Shown here piece after piece: positions 51,740 through 61,532 of a stretch of 64,000 nt of DNA. Each line of letters begins with the position of its first letter. The stretch's first letter is position 1. The stretch comes from Microcoleus sp. GTDB taxonomy: Bacteria; Cyanobacteriota; Cyanobacteriia; Cyanobacteriales; Microcoleaceae. The notes beneath the pieces are model-generated. The model searched no databases. It was given only the letters and a program-made list of their open reading frames with translations, and was not told where the DNA came from. The stretch lies in contig CP181291.1 of the NCBI GenBank assembly GCA_052279835.1, forward strand, positions 3,968,001 through 4,032,000. Direction: 5' to 3'. A program made the translations under genes and the position numbers.

Positions 51740-51919
51740 TTGATACTTTCCTCAATTGTTAAGTTAAATTGCAACCTGAGAATTGCTGCCGTCTAATTAT
51801 CCGGTAATTAGTACAGCAAAGTTTCACAAATTGCAAGTAAAAAGGACTGACGCAGAAACTGGGTTTAATGAACAAACATACAGGGTGGACTGCTTTAATC
51901 CTGGTAAGCAATGGAGATC

Positions 51920-52927
51920 TTATTTTTTTACTCGATCGAGGCTGATTTGATTGAGACAAGGGCGTCCTTGTGCAAAATCAGTGATATTGCTGATTGTTGT
52001 GGTAGCAATATTTCTCAAAGCTTCCTCAGTGAAAAAAGCTTGATGACCGGTAATTAAGACGTTGGGGAAAGTTAACAGACGCTGGAATATGTCGTCTTGA
52101 ATTACTTGATTTGACAAATCATCAAAAAACAAGTCGGTCTCTTGTTCGTAAACATCTAAACCCAGGTATCCTATTTTACCAGACTTCAGTCCTTGAGTTA
52201 CGGCTGTGGTGTCAATCAACTGACCGCGACTGGTATTAACCAGCATCACCCCTTCTTTCATCTGATTGACGGCTGCTGCGTCGATCAGGTGGTAGGTTTC
52301 TGGTAGCAGGGGACAATGGAGACTGACGATATCGGCAGTAGCAAATAGTTCTGGAAGCGACATATATTCCATCCCTATCCCCAGACAATCGGGGTTTTGG
52401 GAAACATCGTATCCTGTGAGGCGACATCCAAATCCGTGCAGAATTTTGGCGGTAAGTGCACCAATTTTCCCAGTACCAACGATTCCGACAGTTCGTCCGT
52501 GCAGATCGAAGCCCAACAGCCCTTCTAGGGCGAAATTGTTTTCCCGGACGCGGTTGTAGGCGCGGTGGATTTTGCGGTTGAGGGATAAAATCAGGGCCAC
52601 GGCGTGTTCGGCGACGGAAAAGGGAGAATAGGCGGGTACTCTGAGGACAGTGAGTTCTAAGTCGCGGGCTGCTGCTAAATCGACGTGATTGAAGCCGGCG
52701 GATCTCAGGGCGATTAAGCGGACACCTGTTTGGGCGATCGCACTTAGTGTTTTGGCATCTAATTGGTCGTTGACGAAGGCGCAGATGGCGGGTAATCCTG
52801 TCGCCAAAACGCTTGTTTCCATGGTTAGACGCGGTTCAAAAAAAACTAAGTCGTGTTGGTTATCGACATTGGCTGCTTCCAGAAATGTGCGATCGTAGGA
52901 TTTGGTACTGAATACGCCGACTTTCAT
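51920..52927 (-). CDS. ldhA: D-lactate / 2-hydroxyacid dehydrogenase
   Basis: [35 protein letters not shown] and TGHQAF motifs. Confidence 0.88.
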   Translation of the reverse strand: MKVGVFSTKSYDRTFLEAANVDNQHDLVFFEPRLTMETSVLATGLPAICAFVNDQLDAKTLSAIAQTGVRLIALRSAGFNHVDLAAARDLELTVLRVPAYSPFSVAEHAVALILSLNRKIHRAYNRVRENNFALEGLLGFDLHGRTVGIVGTGKIGALTAKILHGFGCRLTGYDVSQNPDCLGIGMEYMSLPELFATADIVSLHCPLLPETYHLIDAAAVNQMKEGVMLVNTSRGQLIDTTAVTQGLKSGKIGYLGLDVYEQETDLFFDDLSNQVIQDDIFQRLLTFPNVLITGHQAFFTEEALRNIATTTISNITDFAQGRPCLNQISLDRVKK

Positions 52928-53107
52928 GATTTTTGCCCAAAATTATGGGAATATTTAGCAATTTTTTCCAAATTAACTGTACACCAAAAATTATACAACT
53001 ACCACATTTGAATTATGTATTTTAAGAGCCACTAAAAAGAATGTTATAATATTAAGTTGGCATTCAAATTCGGGTGTTGTTTTGCCCGCTTGAGGGAGAA
53101 TTTTGGC

Positions 53108-54073
53108 ATGAGTTACGTATTTGGCATAGATGGCGGTGGTACTAAGACTATTTGTCTGTTGATGGATGAAAATCAGGTGGTTTTGGGACGCGGTGAAGCA
53201 GGGCCATCAAATTATCAAACACTGGGAATAGAGTCAGCCAAACAATCGATTCAATTGGCGATCGAACAAGCTGTTATTTCCGCTAACATCAACCCTGATA
53301 GCCATCTGAAAATAGAAGCAATTTGTCTGGGATTAGCAGGAGTCGGACGTCCGAAAGACGTGGAAATCTTGCAATTTTTAGTGCAGAACTTGCTGTTGAC
53401 TCCTAATTTACCCGTTACTCGGTCTTTCGGGCCCAGAAATATTATAATTTCTAGCGATAGCGCGATCGCACTCGTAGGCGGTACGGGCCATCCAGTCGGC
53501 CTCGCCGTTATTTCCGGTACAGGATCGATTGTTTTCGGACAAAACCACCTGGGAAAAACTAAACGAGTCGGGGGTTGGGGATATATTTTAGGGGATGAAG
53601 GTAGCGCCTACAACATCGCCATTCAGGGTTTGCAAGCTGCTTTGAGATTCTACGATGGACGGCAAGTTTATACCACACTTGCAGAGAATTTTCAAATACA
53701 TTTAGGTCTAAAAAACCTGGAAGACTTGGTAGAAGTTGTTTACCGACGCGGTTGGGGAGTGAAGGAAATTGCTGCTTTAGCACCCATTGTCGATCGCGCT
53801 GCCACAGAGGGCGATCGTATAGCTGAGGGCATTATGGATAGTGCAGTGGCGGAATTAGTGTTAGCGACAAAAACAGCAATTTCAGGGCTGTTTAACCAAA
53901 CAGAAGAATTTGAGATTGTGCTGATCGGAGGTGTGTGGGGTGGGGTGGGAAATTGCCAAAGTCGGTTTGAAACTGCTATAAGTGCGATCGCCCCTAACGC
54001 CCGAGTAATAGCACCCCGACACGAACCAGCTTTCGGTGCCGGCTTGTTAGCGTTAAATGCTCTTAACAATTGA
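53108..54073 (+). CDS. BadF-type ATPase / N-acetylglucosamine kinase
   Basis: GIDGGGTKT, ISGTGS and GGWG..LGDEGS motifs. Confidence 0.88.
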   Translation: MSYVFGIDGGGTKTICLLMDENQVVLGRGEAGPSNYQTLGIESAKQSIQLAIEQAVISANINPDSHLKIEAICLGLAGVGRPKDVEILQFLVQNLLLTPNLPVTRSFGPRNIIISSDSAIALVGGTGHPVGLAVISGTGSIVFGQNHLGKTKRVGGWGYILGDEGSAYNIAIQGLQAALRFYDGRQVYTTLAENFQIHLGLKNLEDLVEVVYRRGWGVKEIAALAPIVDRAATEGDRIAEGIMDSAVAELVLATKTAISGLFNQTEEFEIVLIGGVWGGVGNCQSRFETAISAIAPNARVIAPRHEPAFGAGLLALNALNN

Positions 54074-54297
54074 ATCTTGAGTCTTGAGTGTATCTACCTT
54101 ATCTTCCCAAACTTCTAAATTTTGCTGAGTCGATCGATTTTGGGAATTTTTAAAACTTTTGATTATCTACCTTATCTTCCCAACTTGAGGAATTGCCACC
54201 TGTCATCATTAAACTATCAAAGGAACGGAAAATCAGAAAAATTTTAGCATTTGTGCATTACCAAGTAAAGCAAAACCGAAGCAAGGAGACAATTTAT

Positions 54298-54954
54298 ATG
54301 ATTACTTCTCAAACATTGCGATCGACCACCGCAGCCATCCTCGCCCTAGGAATTACCCTAGGAACCACTGGGACACTGGTGGTAGCGAATCCCGCCACAG
54401 CCCAAAGATACTCCCAATTAGATAGTAGTATCAGAATTCCAGCCGGCAGTATAATTCCAGTGAATTATGAAAAAGATAAAATTGTTGTTACTCCCGATGA
54501 AACAGCACCTTTAAGTTTAAGAGTAGCACGAGACATCCGCACCGCTCAAGGTAGAGTTTTAATCCCCGCAGGTAGTGAAATAGTCGGTCAACTGCAACCT
54601 GCTAGAAGAGGTAATCAAAAGGGTACTCAATTTGTGGCTACAGAAATAATTGTTAGCCGCCGCCAACGCTATCGGATTGACGGAAATTCTAGCATTATTA
54701 CCAGAACCGAAAAAGTACAAAGAGGTGCTAACGGAGGTTCCGTCGCCCAAGGTGCAGCATTGGGCGCAGCAGCAGCAGCAGCCCTGGCTGGGATTACCGG
54801 CGACAAAGCCATCGCCACTGAAGAAGTATTGGGTGGTGCTGGGATTGGTGCTTTAGCGGGGGTATTGTTCGGGCGGCGCAGTGTGGATGTGATTGTGATT
54901 CGCCCGGAAACAGATTTGGGAATCAGATTGCGATCGGATATCGTCTTGCGCTAA
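54298..54954 (+). CDS. secreted protein with glycine-zipper region
   Basis: Signal peptide; IPAGS repeats; GAALGAAAAA..G motif. Confidence 0.7.
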   Translation: MITSQTLRSTTAAILALGITLGTTGTLVVANPATAQRYSQLDSSIRIPAGSIIPVNYEKDKIVVTPDETAPLSLRVARDIRTAQGRVLIPAGSEIVGQLQPARRGNQKGTQFVATEIIVSRRQRYRIDGNSSIITRTEKVQRGANGGSVAQGAALGAAAAAALAGITGDKAIATEEVLGGAGIGALAGVLFGRRSVDVIVIRPETDLGIRLRSDIVLR

Positions 54955-55012
54955 AATCAAAGTCTTTCTAATTTATTGTGGGGTGAGATTCTGGGCAACC
55001 CAAAAAAGCAAT

Positions 55013-56347
55013 TTAGATTGGTGACATCCGAGCATTTTGTAGTGGTAAAACATTGTTGATCGCAAATTTATCATCTCCCGAACATTGGCTAGGCATACTA
55101 CTCAGGTTATGCCTAGCCTTATTAGTTGGCGGAATTATTGGGTGGGAACTTGAAATACTCACCCCCGCTAAAGCAGCGGTGATTCTTGACGCTTCATCGG
55201 GTCTTGCTACCGAGGTAGTCTCACAGTCCCTCTGCGCCCGTTTAAAGTCGTGGCGATTTCCCATCCCGACTTGAGCTATATTCCTAGCTGCATTTTCATC
55301 TCTATCTTGCTCGGTGCCGCAACTTAAGCAAAGTACCGAGCGGATAGATAAATCGATTTTACCCCACTTAAACCCACAGTCTGAACATATCTGGCTAGTA
55401 GGTTCCCATCGGCTGATGACCTTAAACTCTCTGCCAAACTTCTCTGATTTAGCCTCGCAAAGCGTTCGGAATTCGTACCATCCTTGCTGGCTAATAGCCC
55501 TCGAAAGTTTCCGATTCTTGACCAGGCCGGAAACGTTTAAATCTTCCAAAACAATCACTTGGTTTTCGTTGATTACTTTGGTTGACAGTTTGTGCAGAAA
55601 GTCTTTTCGGCTGTCACCAATCTGATTGTGCAACTTGGCAATTCTCATGCGAGTCACATTCCGTCTTTTGGAATCTTTTGGTTGACGAGCCAACTTGCGT
55701 TGTAATTTACAAACTTTCCGGTCTAGCTTTTTATAGCTAGGACTTTCGGCTTTTTCGCCATTGCTCATCACCGCAAAGGTTTTAATCCCTAAGTCGATAC
55801 CGATGCTGGGGTTTTTAGCTTCAGTCTGAATTGGTTGAATCTCTACAACAAAGCTCAGGAAATAGCGGTTTGCACAGTCCTTAATTACCGTGACCGAACT
55901 AGGTTCAGATGGTAGCTTTCTCGACCTGATGGGATTGACAATTCCAATCTTGGCTAAATAAACTCCATCACCTTTGATTGAAAATCCGCCAACCCGAAAA
56001 CGTGCCGACTGGCTGTTGGTTCTTTTTTTGAACTTAGGATATCCGACCTTAGACCCCTTTCTCTTTCCTTTGCATGAGTTGAAAAAGTTCTTAAAAGCAA
56101 CATCTAAATCGGCAACTGATTGTTGTAGTGGGATGCACGACACATCCCCTAGCCAAGCCCTTTCTTCAGTATTCTTGGCTTGGGTAATGACGATTTTTTG
56201 CAAATCTGCCGAACTTGGTTTCTTGTCAGACTGTTTGCACAGGGCAAGAGCATCGTTCCAGACTACGCGCACACAGCCGAACATTTGAGCTAGGCTATGC
56301 TGCTGTTGGCTGCTTGGGTAAAATCTGTAGCGATATCTTGCTTTCAT
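55013..56347 (-). CDS. tnpB: RNA-guided endonuclease TnpB
   Basis: YRFYP..FGCVRVVWN, RuvC GIDLG / LEDL / DRD.NAA, Zn finger CSDCG..CLSCG. Confidence 0.95.
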   Translation of the reverse strand: MKARYRYRFYPSSQQQHSLAQMFGCVRVVWNDALALCKQSDKKPSSADLQKIVITQAKNTEERAWLGDVSCIPLQQSVADLDVAFKNFFNSCKGKRKGSKVGYPKFKKRTNSQSARFRVGGFSIKGDGVYLAKIGIVNPIRSRKLPSEPSSVTVIKDCANRYFLSFVVEIQPIQTEAKNPSIGIDLGIKTFAVMSNGEKAESPSYKKLDRKVCKLQRKLARQPKDSKRRNVTRMRIAKLHNQIGDSRKDFLHKLSTKVINENQVIVLEDLNVSGLVKNRKLSRAISQQGWYEFRTLCEAKSEKFGREFKVISRWEPTSQICSDCGFKWGKIDLSIRSVLCLSCGTEQDRDENAARNIAQVGMGNRHDFKRAQRDCETTSVARPDEASRITAALAGVSISSSHPIIPPTNKARHNLSSMPSQCSGDDKFAINNVLPLQNARMSPI

Positions 56348-56812
56348 TGCTTGTGCTAGAATTGGTCTGCAACTAAATAATATCAAAGAATATATTAGAA
56401 ATCAAGAAAAGCCGTCAAGCGAAGGACGGGGCTTGTATCCCATTTTTTTGGTCAACTCCGACACAAACCAGCAGGTTTGAGAACACATATGTTAGTCAGT
56501 ATGGGTTCTGTACTGTTTGTTTTAATCCCCTTAGCACTTGGTAAAAATGAAAATGTACGAGATGCTATAGAGCGTGTAATTCAAGGTATTGCCGCCGGGG
56601 TTGGCTTTTTGGGAGGGGGAGAAATCCTGCGACAATCTAAACAGGAAATAGGCGAAGTAGAAGTTCACGGACTCACCTCTGCGGCAGCTATTTGGGTGTC
56701 CGCAGCTTTGGGGACTGCGGCAGGCTGTGGCTTGTGGGAACTTGCCTTAATAGGCGCTTTACTATCCCTGTTTGTTTTGAGGGTTATTAAAAAACTAGAA
56801 CGCCACAAATAG
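55053..56812 (+). pseudogene. MgtC/SapB family gene interrupted by an IS605 element
   Basis: Removing 55150-56450 gives in-frame GGIIGWERQLRHKPAGLRTHMLV; GLTSAAAIW downstream. Confidence 0.92.
55150..56450 (-). mobile_element. IS200/IS605 family element (tnpB, tnpA mostly deleted)
   Basis: Target TTGAC (56455-56451) precedes the left end; subterminal hairpins; right end terminates in TTCAA; no target duplication. Confidence 0.92.
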
Positions 56813-56860
56813 CTATCAGACATATCTCAAAAAAAAACAGGTTTTTCCGTCCCAAGCTGT

Positions 56861-57154
56861 CTATTGGTTGTGAAAAAAACTGCATATCATTTGACCAGAA
56901 TCTTTTTGACCAAACGGCACAAGTTTACCATCTTTTTTAACAGTGCTGCGACTACGACAGTTGTAAATTTCCCTAGGCTTTTTCACTCCATCAATACTCA
57001 AAATAGCCCTGTATTCCCAATAGTTTTTGGCGCTGCGTTTGAGATCGATAATACAAATCTGCTGTCCGTCGTAATTGCGACATACAGATGCCTTAGCCGG
57101 CAGCGCTACCCAGAAAAATAATATTAATAAAAGGACAAAGGCAATACATTTCAC
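56861..57154 (-). CDS. small secreted hypothetical protein
   Basis: Signal peptide; four Cys; KRSAKNYWEYRA. Confidence 0.7.
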   Translation of the reverse strand: MKCIAFVLLLILFFWVALPAKASVCRNYDGQQICIIDLKRSAKNYWEYRAILSIDGVKKPREIYNCRSRSTVKKDGKLVPFGQKDSGQMICSFFHNQ

Positions 57155-57183
57155 GATTTAGTCTCTATGCTAGGGCATCACCT

Positions 57184-57696
57184 CTATCCTACAACATCGT
57201 AGGATAACTGTACGAGACCGGAACTGTAGGTTTGACATCCAGTTAGCTGCAAATCTGTAGCAGTTGTGGGAGCGGCAAATAAAGGAATACCTTGGCCCAA
57301 AATAATCGGATGCACAGAAAGAATCAGTTCGTTTATCAATTTTTTTTCCAGACAATCGCGAATCAGTAGAGAGCCTCCAACTAACCAAATATTTTTGCCA
57401 TCAAGCCGCCGCAACTCCTTGACAAGAGTCTCTACATCTGCTACGGGAATGACATCATGTTCTGCTTGAAGATTTATATTTTTAGTTAAAACATAACTCT
57501 TTTTTTCCTGGTACGGATACTCGCCAAAAGTTAAAACTTGCTCGTAAGTTTTTCGCCCCATGAGAATTGTATCGATGCTATTTAAAAAATCAGTATAACC
57601 ATAGTTTTGGTCAGTAAACAGCCAGTCAATCTCGCCCTGGGGTCTGGCGATATAACCGTCTAAACTAGATGCAATAAATAGTATAATTTTACGCAT
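57184..57696 (-). CDS. dihydrofolate reductase-like (RibD C-terminal) protein
   Basis: IASSLDGYIA, MGRKTYE, IWLVGG and PIILGQGIPLF motifs. Confidence 0.9.
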   Translation of the reverse strand: MRKIILFIASSLDGYIARPQGEIDWLFTDQNYGYTDFLNSIDTILMGRKTYEQVLTFGEYPYQEKKSYVLTKNINLQAEHDVIPVADVETLVKELRRLDGKNIWLVGGSLLIRDCLEKKLINELILSVHPIILGQGIPLFAAPTTATDLQLTGCQTYSSGLVQLSYDVVG

Positions 57697-58032
57697 GACT
57701 CTACTTAATTTTTTTAAATTGGTGGTGGGAGAGCGATTGACTAGAGGTAGTTATAAATATTTTACCAATTTTCTGATGATTTTCGCGCCCTGCCACCATT
57801 CCTGATTCAGGCAAAATTTTCAATTGGTCTAAATCGGCTTGTTATTGAAGCATTAATGAAGTAAAATAGAAAAGGTGGTTTTGTGTTAGCCCATACCATA
57901 ACCTCAAGGTCATTAACAAAATATTGGACATAAACTACAAGGTAAGTTAATATAAAGATTAAGACCTTATTAATTTAAATCGAAATTACTTACAGTCCGG
58001 TAGTGGGCGTTGAGAAAGGAAGCTAATTGTTT

Positions 58033-58240
58033 GTAAGCAACCCCGGTCTCGCATACGCGGGGCTTCAGCAAACCTCAAGGACTGATTCAAGGAATCAGCC
58101 AAAAATATTGTCAGCAAATTCATCAAAAGGATGGTTATGGATATGGATTTTAAGAATATTCACGGGACACTAAAGTATCCCGTGTCGCTTTTCCTCCCTA
58201 GGCTGAAGCCACTGGGTTTCCAAGCTCCCGCGAGGTAATT
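58033..58240 (+). mobile_element. internally deleted IscB-type (IS200/IS605) mini-element
   Basis: 5' hairpin gtaagcaaccccg..cggggcttc; residual codons GLIQGISQKYCQQIHQKDGYGYGF* (58079-58153); 3' ttcctccctaggctgaagcc..gggtttcc end. Confidence 0.7.
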
Positions 58241-59122
58241 ATGAAAAAAATTAACCGTGTTGCAGTTATTGGAGGAACCCACGGCAACGAACTCACAGGA
58301 ATTTATCTAGTGAATAAATTTGAGCGATCGCCGAATTTAATAGCACGCTCGAATTTTAAAACTGTTGCCATGCTAGCCAATCCCAAAGCGTGCAAAATTG
58401 GCAAACGTTACATCGATATCGACCTCAATCGTTGTTTTTTACGACAGGATTTAGAAAATTATCATCTCTCGACTTACGAAGCACTACGAGCCAAAGAAAT
58501 CTACCAAATGTTTGGCTCCAACAATACGGATAATCCCGATTTAATTATCGATTTGCACAATACCACCGCCAACATGGGTATCACATTTATTCTGGATAGC
58601 CAGCATCCCTTTAATCTGGAGTTAACTGCTCATTTAACATCTGTCTATCCCAATATTAAGGTACTGGTTTCGGGCAAGCACAATCAAGATAGCTCTGTGT
58701 TGCGATCGATTTCCCCGTTAGGATTTACCCTGGAAGTTGGTCCGGTGGCTCAAGGGATATTGGATGCCTGTTTATTTCAGCAAACTGAGGAAATTATCGG
58801 CACAATTTTAGACTATGTAGAAGCATATAATCAGGGTAACATTTCTACCGCCAAAAAACCCCTGACCCTTTATCAAAAAATTCAGACTATCGACTATCCC
58901 AGAAATGAGTTGGGAGAAATTCAGGCAATGATTCATCCTCGACTGCAATTCACCGATTATCAACCGCTGCATCCAGGCGAGCCGATGTTTTTGACCTTTG
59001 AGGGCGAGGAGATTTTATACGAAGGTAAATCGACGGTATATCCAGTATTTATTAACGAAGCTGCTTACTATGAAAAAGGGATTGCGATGTATTTAACTCA
59101 AAAGCAAATGGTTGGTTATTAG
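58241..59122 (+). CDS. aspartoacylase
   Basis: GGTHGNE.TG, DLNRCF, DLHNTTANMG and FINEAAYYEK motifs. Confidence 0.92.
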   Translation: MKKINRVAVIGGTHGNELTGIYLVNKFERSPNLIARSNFKTVAMLANPKACKIGKRYIDIDLNRCFLRQDLENYHLSTYEALRAKEIYQMFGSNNTDNPDLIIDLHNTTANMGITFILDSQHPFNLELTAHLTSVYPNIKVLVSGKHNQDSSVLRSISPLGFTLEVGPVAQGILDACLFQQTEEIIGTILDYVEAYNQGNISTAKKPLTLYQKIQTIDYPRNELGEIQAMIHPRLQFTDYQPLHPGEPMFLTFEGEEILYEGKSTVYPVFINEAAYYEKGIAMYLTQKQMVGY

Positions 59123-59861
59123 TTATTTGTTATGAGTTATGGGTGATTGCTCATCGGTCATTTCTTGAGAAGCATTGGGGGATAAAAATTCTTCTTTAGA
59201 CTCAGGAAATGATGAGCGAGATTGTTTCCATACTTCCAGACTCATAATGCAGGCTATCAGCCACACCAAACCAGCCGTATACCCCGCAATAATATCTGTG
59301 GGCCAGTGAACTCCTAGATAAAGCCGACTCAAGCCAATAACAGAAACTAATAAAATTGTTAAAATGTAAATCCACCAGCGCTGTTTGGGAAAGCGGGAGC
59401 CCAAAAAATATCCTAGCAAACCATAAATAACCATTGACACCATCGCGTGTCCCGCTAGGAAAACTGTAAAATCTCACGTCAACGGCGCGTTCCCAAAGTT
59501 GAGGCCGAGCGCGAGCAAAAACTTTTTTTAACAGTAGGTTTAAACCCACCGCACCCGCACCCGCCAGCGCAATAGTTGTGGCTTCCGAGCGATGTTGCTG
59601 AGCCCACAAAATAATCACCAAACTCACACACAGCGCTAGTAACAAATTCGGCTCTCCCAAAAATGTAAAGCCGATCATTATTTGATCGCGCAGTGGAGTG
59701 TGCAATTCCCTCAGACTTAGTAAGATAGAGGTATCGAAAGCGTAAGTTTCTTTTTCCAGAACTTCCTTGGCGAGGGTGGCAAATCCCCACAGCGCCAAAC
59801 CAGCGATAGCAAGTCCGGCCAACCGAATGATTGAAATGAGCGATCGAATTTTAGAGCGCAT
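59123..59861 (-). pseudogene. PAP2 family phosphatase, frameshift at 59451-59453
   Basis: K..F.RARP and YSFPSG in one frame; HAM..SRLYLGVHWPTD in another. Confidence 0.85.
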
Positions 59862-60013
59862 TCATTTAACTAATTAAAAATGACTAATCCCCGACCGACA
59901 ATAATACCCGATCGACCGTCTATATTACAGTCTATATTCCCAATTCACTATATTTTGAAGCATTAATTGATTTTTTGGGACTACCCACCTCAGCTTTTAG
60001 CAGCCATCGACCA

Positions 60014-61093
60014 ATGACTTTACTCTCAAACAAACAGATTTCGGCAATTTTCCTGGCTTTGGGGTTGACAACTATCTCTAGCTGTGGTAAGCAAAACCCA
60101 GTCAATACATCCCTAGTCACAGCCAACAGCATAGCCCAAAATCTAGTCTCCACCGCAGTGGCCCAAAAGCCCAACATCCCACAATTTGGTCAACCCATCG
60201 ACTGTACCCTGGGCAAAGATTGCTTTATTTTGCAGTATTTCGATCGCGATCCTAGCCCAGCCGCCGTTGATTTTGGATGCGGACGCCAAACCTACAACGG
60301 CCACGATGGTACGGACTTCGGCATTCCCGACGCCAAAGCAATGGCAAAAGGAGTCCCAGTTATCGCCTCCGCCACCGGTAAAGTTTTGAGGGTGCGAGAC
60401 GGTGTGGTAGATAAACGTTTAGCGAACGATACAGACAAAACCAACGTTGCAGGTACTGAATGTGGCAACGGCATGGTAATCGATCACGGTGGCGGTTGGG
60501 AAGCCCAATATTGCCATCTCCGCCAAGGTAGTGTCGCCGTCAAACCAGGGGCACAAGTTGCCAAAGGCGCTGTGCTGGGGATGGTGGGAAACTCTGGGAT
60601 GGCGTCTTTTCCCCACGTACACATCACTTTTCGCTATCAAGGTAAAGCTGTAGATCCGTTTGTGGGTCCCGATGCTAAATTGGGCTGCAATATTGCCAGA
60701 AATCCAATTTGGGATCGGCCTTTGGAGTATACTCCTACAGGTTTAATTCGCGCCGGTTTTGCGGGCAAACCACCAGACCAGAACGCTCTTTGGCAAGGAC
60801 AATTTTCTGAAACTAAACTACCTCTAAATAGCTCTGCTTTGTTATTTTGGGTGCATAGTTATGGAGTCCTAAAAGGCGATCGCGAACAATACCAATTATT
60901 TGCTCCCAATGGCCAAACCATTGTCAACACCACCAACGAAATCAAAGCCCCCAGTCGCACTTGGTTGGGTTTTGTCGGCAAAAGAAACACTCCCACTTCT
61001 CCTCTGACTCCCGGAGTTTGGCGGGCGGAATATCGCTTAATGCGGGGCGATCGAGTTTTGGCGCAAGTGAAGCGAGAAGTCGAATTGCGTTAA
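60014..61093 (+). CDS. M23 family metallopeptidase
   Basis: HDGTD, YCHL and FPHVH motifs. Confidence 0.88.
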   Translation: MTLLSNKQISAIFLALGLTTISSCGKQNPVNTSLVTANSIAQNLVSTAVAQKPNIPQFGQPIDCTLGKDCFILQYFDRDPSPAAVDFGCGRQTYNGHDGTDFGIPDAKAMAKGVPVIASATGKVLRVRDGVVDKRLANDTDKTNVAGTECGNGMVIDHGGGWEAQYCHLRQGSVAVKPGAQVAKGAVLGMVGNSGMASFPHVHITFRYQGKAVDPFVGPDAKLGCNIARNPIWDRPLEYTPTGLIRAGFAGKPPDQNALWQGQFSETKLPLNSSALLFWVHSYGVLKGDREQYQLFAPNGQTIVNTTNEIKAPSRTWLGFVGKRNTPTSPLTPGVWRAEYRLMRGDRVLAQVKREVELR

Positions 61094-61118
61094 CTTGAAT
61101 TAGGTGGATTTATCTGGT

Positions 61119-61352
61119 TTAAGACAAACTTTCCCAAGCTTGAGCCACAATATCGCTCAGCCATAGCCTTTGAGACAAATCGAGGAGATTGTCGTCCGCC
61201 AGCACCTCAGCCTTTAACTCATCGAGAGACTGAGAGCGCGATCGAGCTATGTTTACTACGCCCGCGATCGCCGTTGCCACTAATTCTTCATTCAGCGGCT
61301 GCTGTCGCAAAGCAATCATTTCTTGAGGATTCGTAGGAATGGGATAATTCAT
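61119..61352 (-). CDS. small cyanobacterial hypothetical protein
   Basis: 77-aa ORF from MNYPIP. Confidence 0.65.
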   Translation of the reverse strand: MNYPIPTNPQEMIALRQQPLNEELVATAIAGVVNIARSRSQSLDELKAEVLADDNLLDLSQRLWLSDIVAQAWESLS

Positions 61353-61532
61353 GAGATTGCATACCGAAGGGAGTAATTGATTCGATGCCGAGACCACACC
61401 GAGAGCGATCGAAAACCTAAAAATCTGAGAACATTGTAAACTTATTTAAAATCAAATTAAGTATTCGGGAGTATAGCGCACTTTGCTCCCTTGTCAACTC
61501 CCCCAGCTTTATGAATTTATAGAGATCGGAAA

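Noticed and set aside
55150..56450. IStron (group I intron + IS605)
   Set aside because: There is no room for an intron core, and the element is antisense to mgtC.
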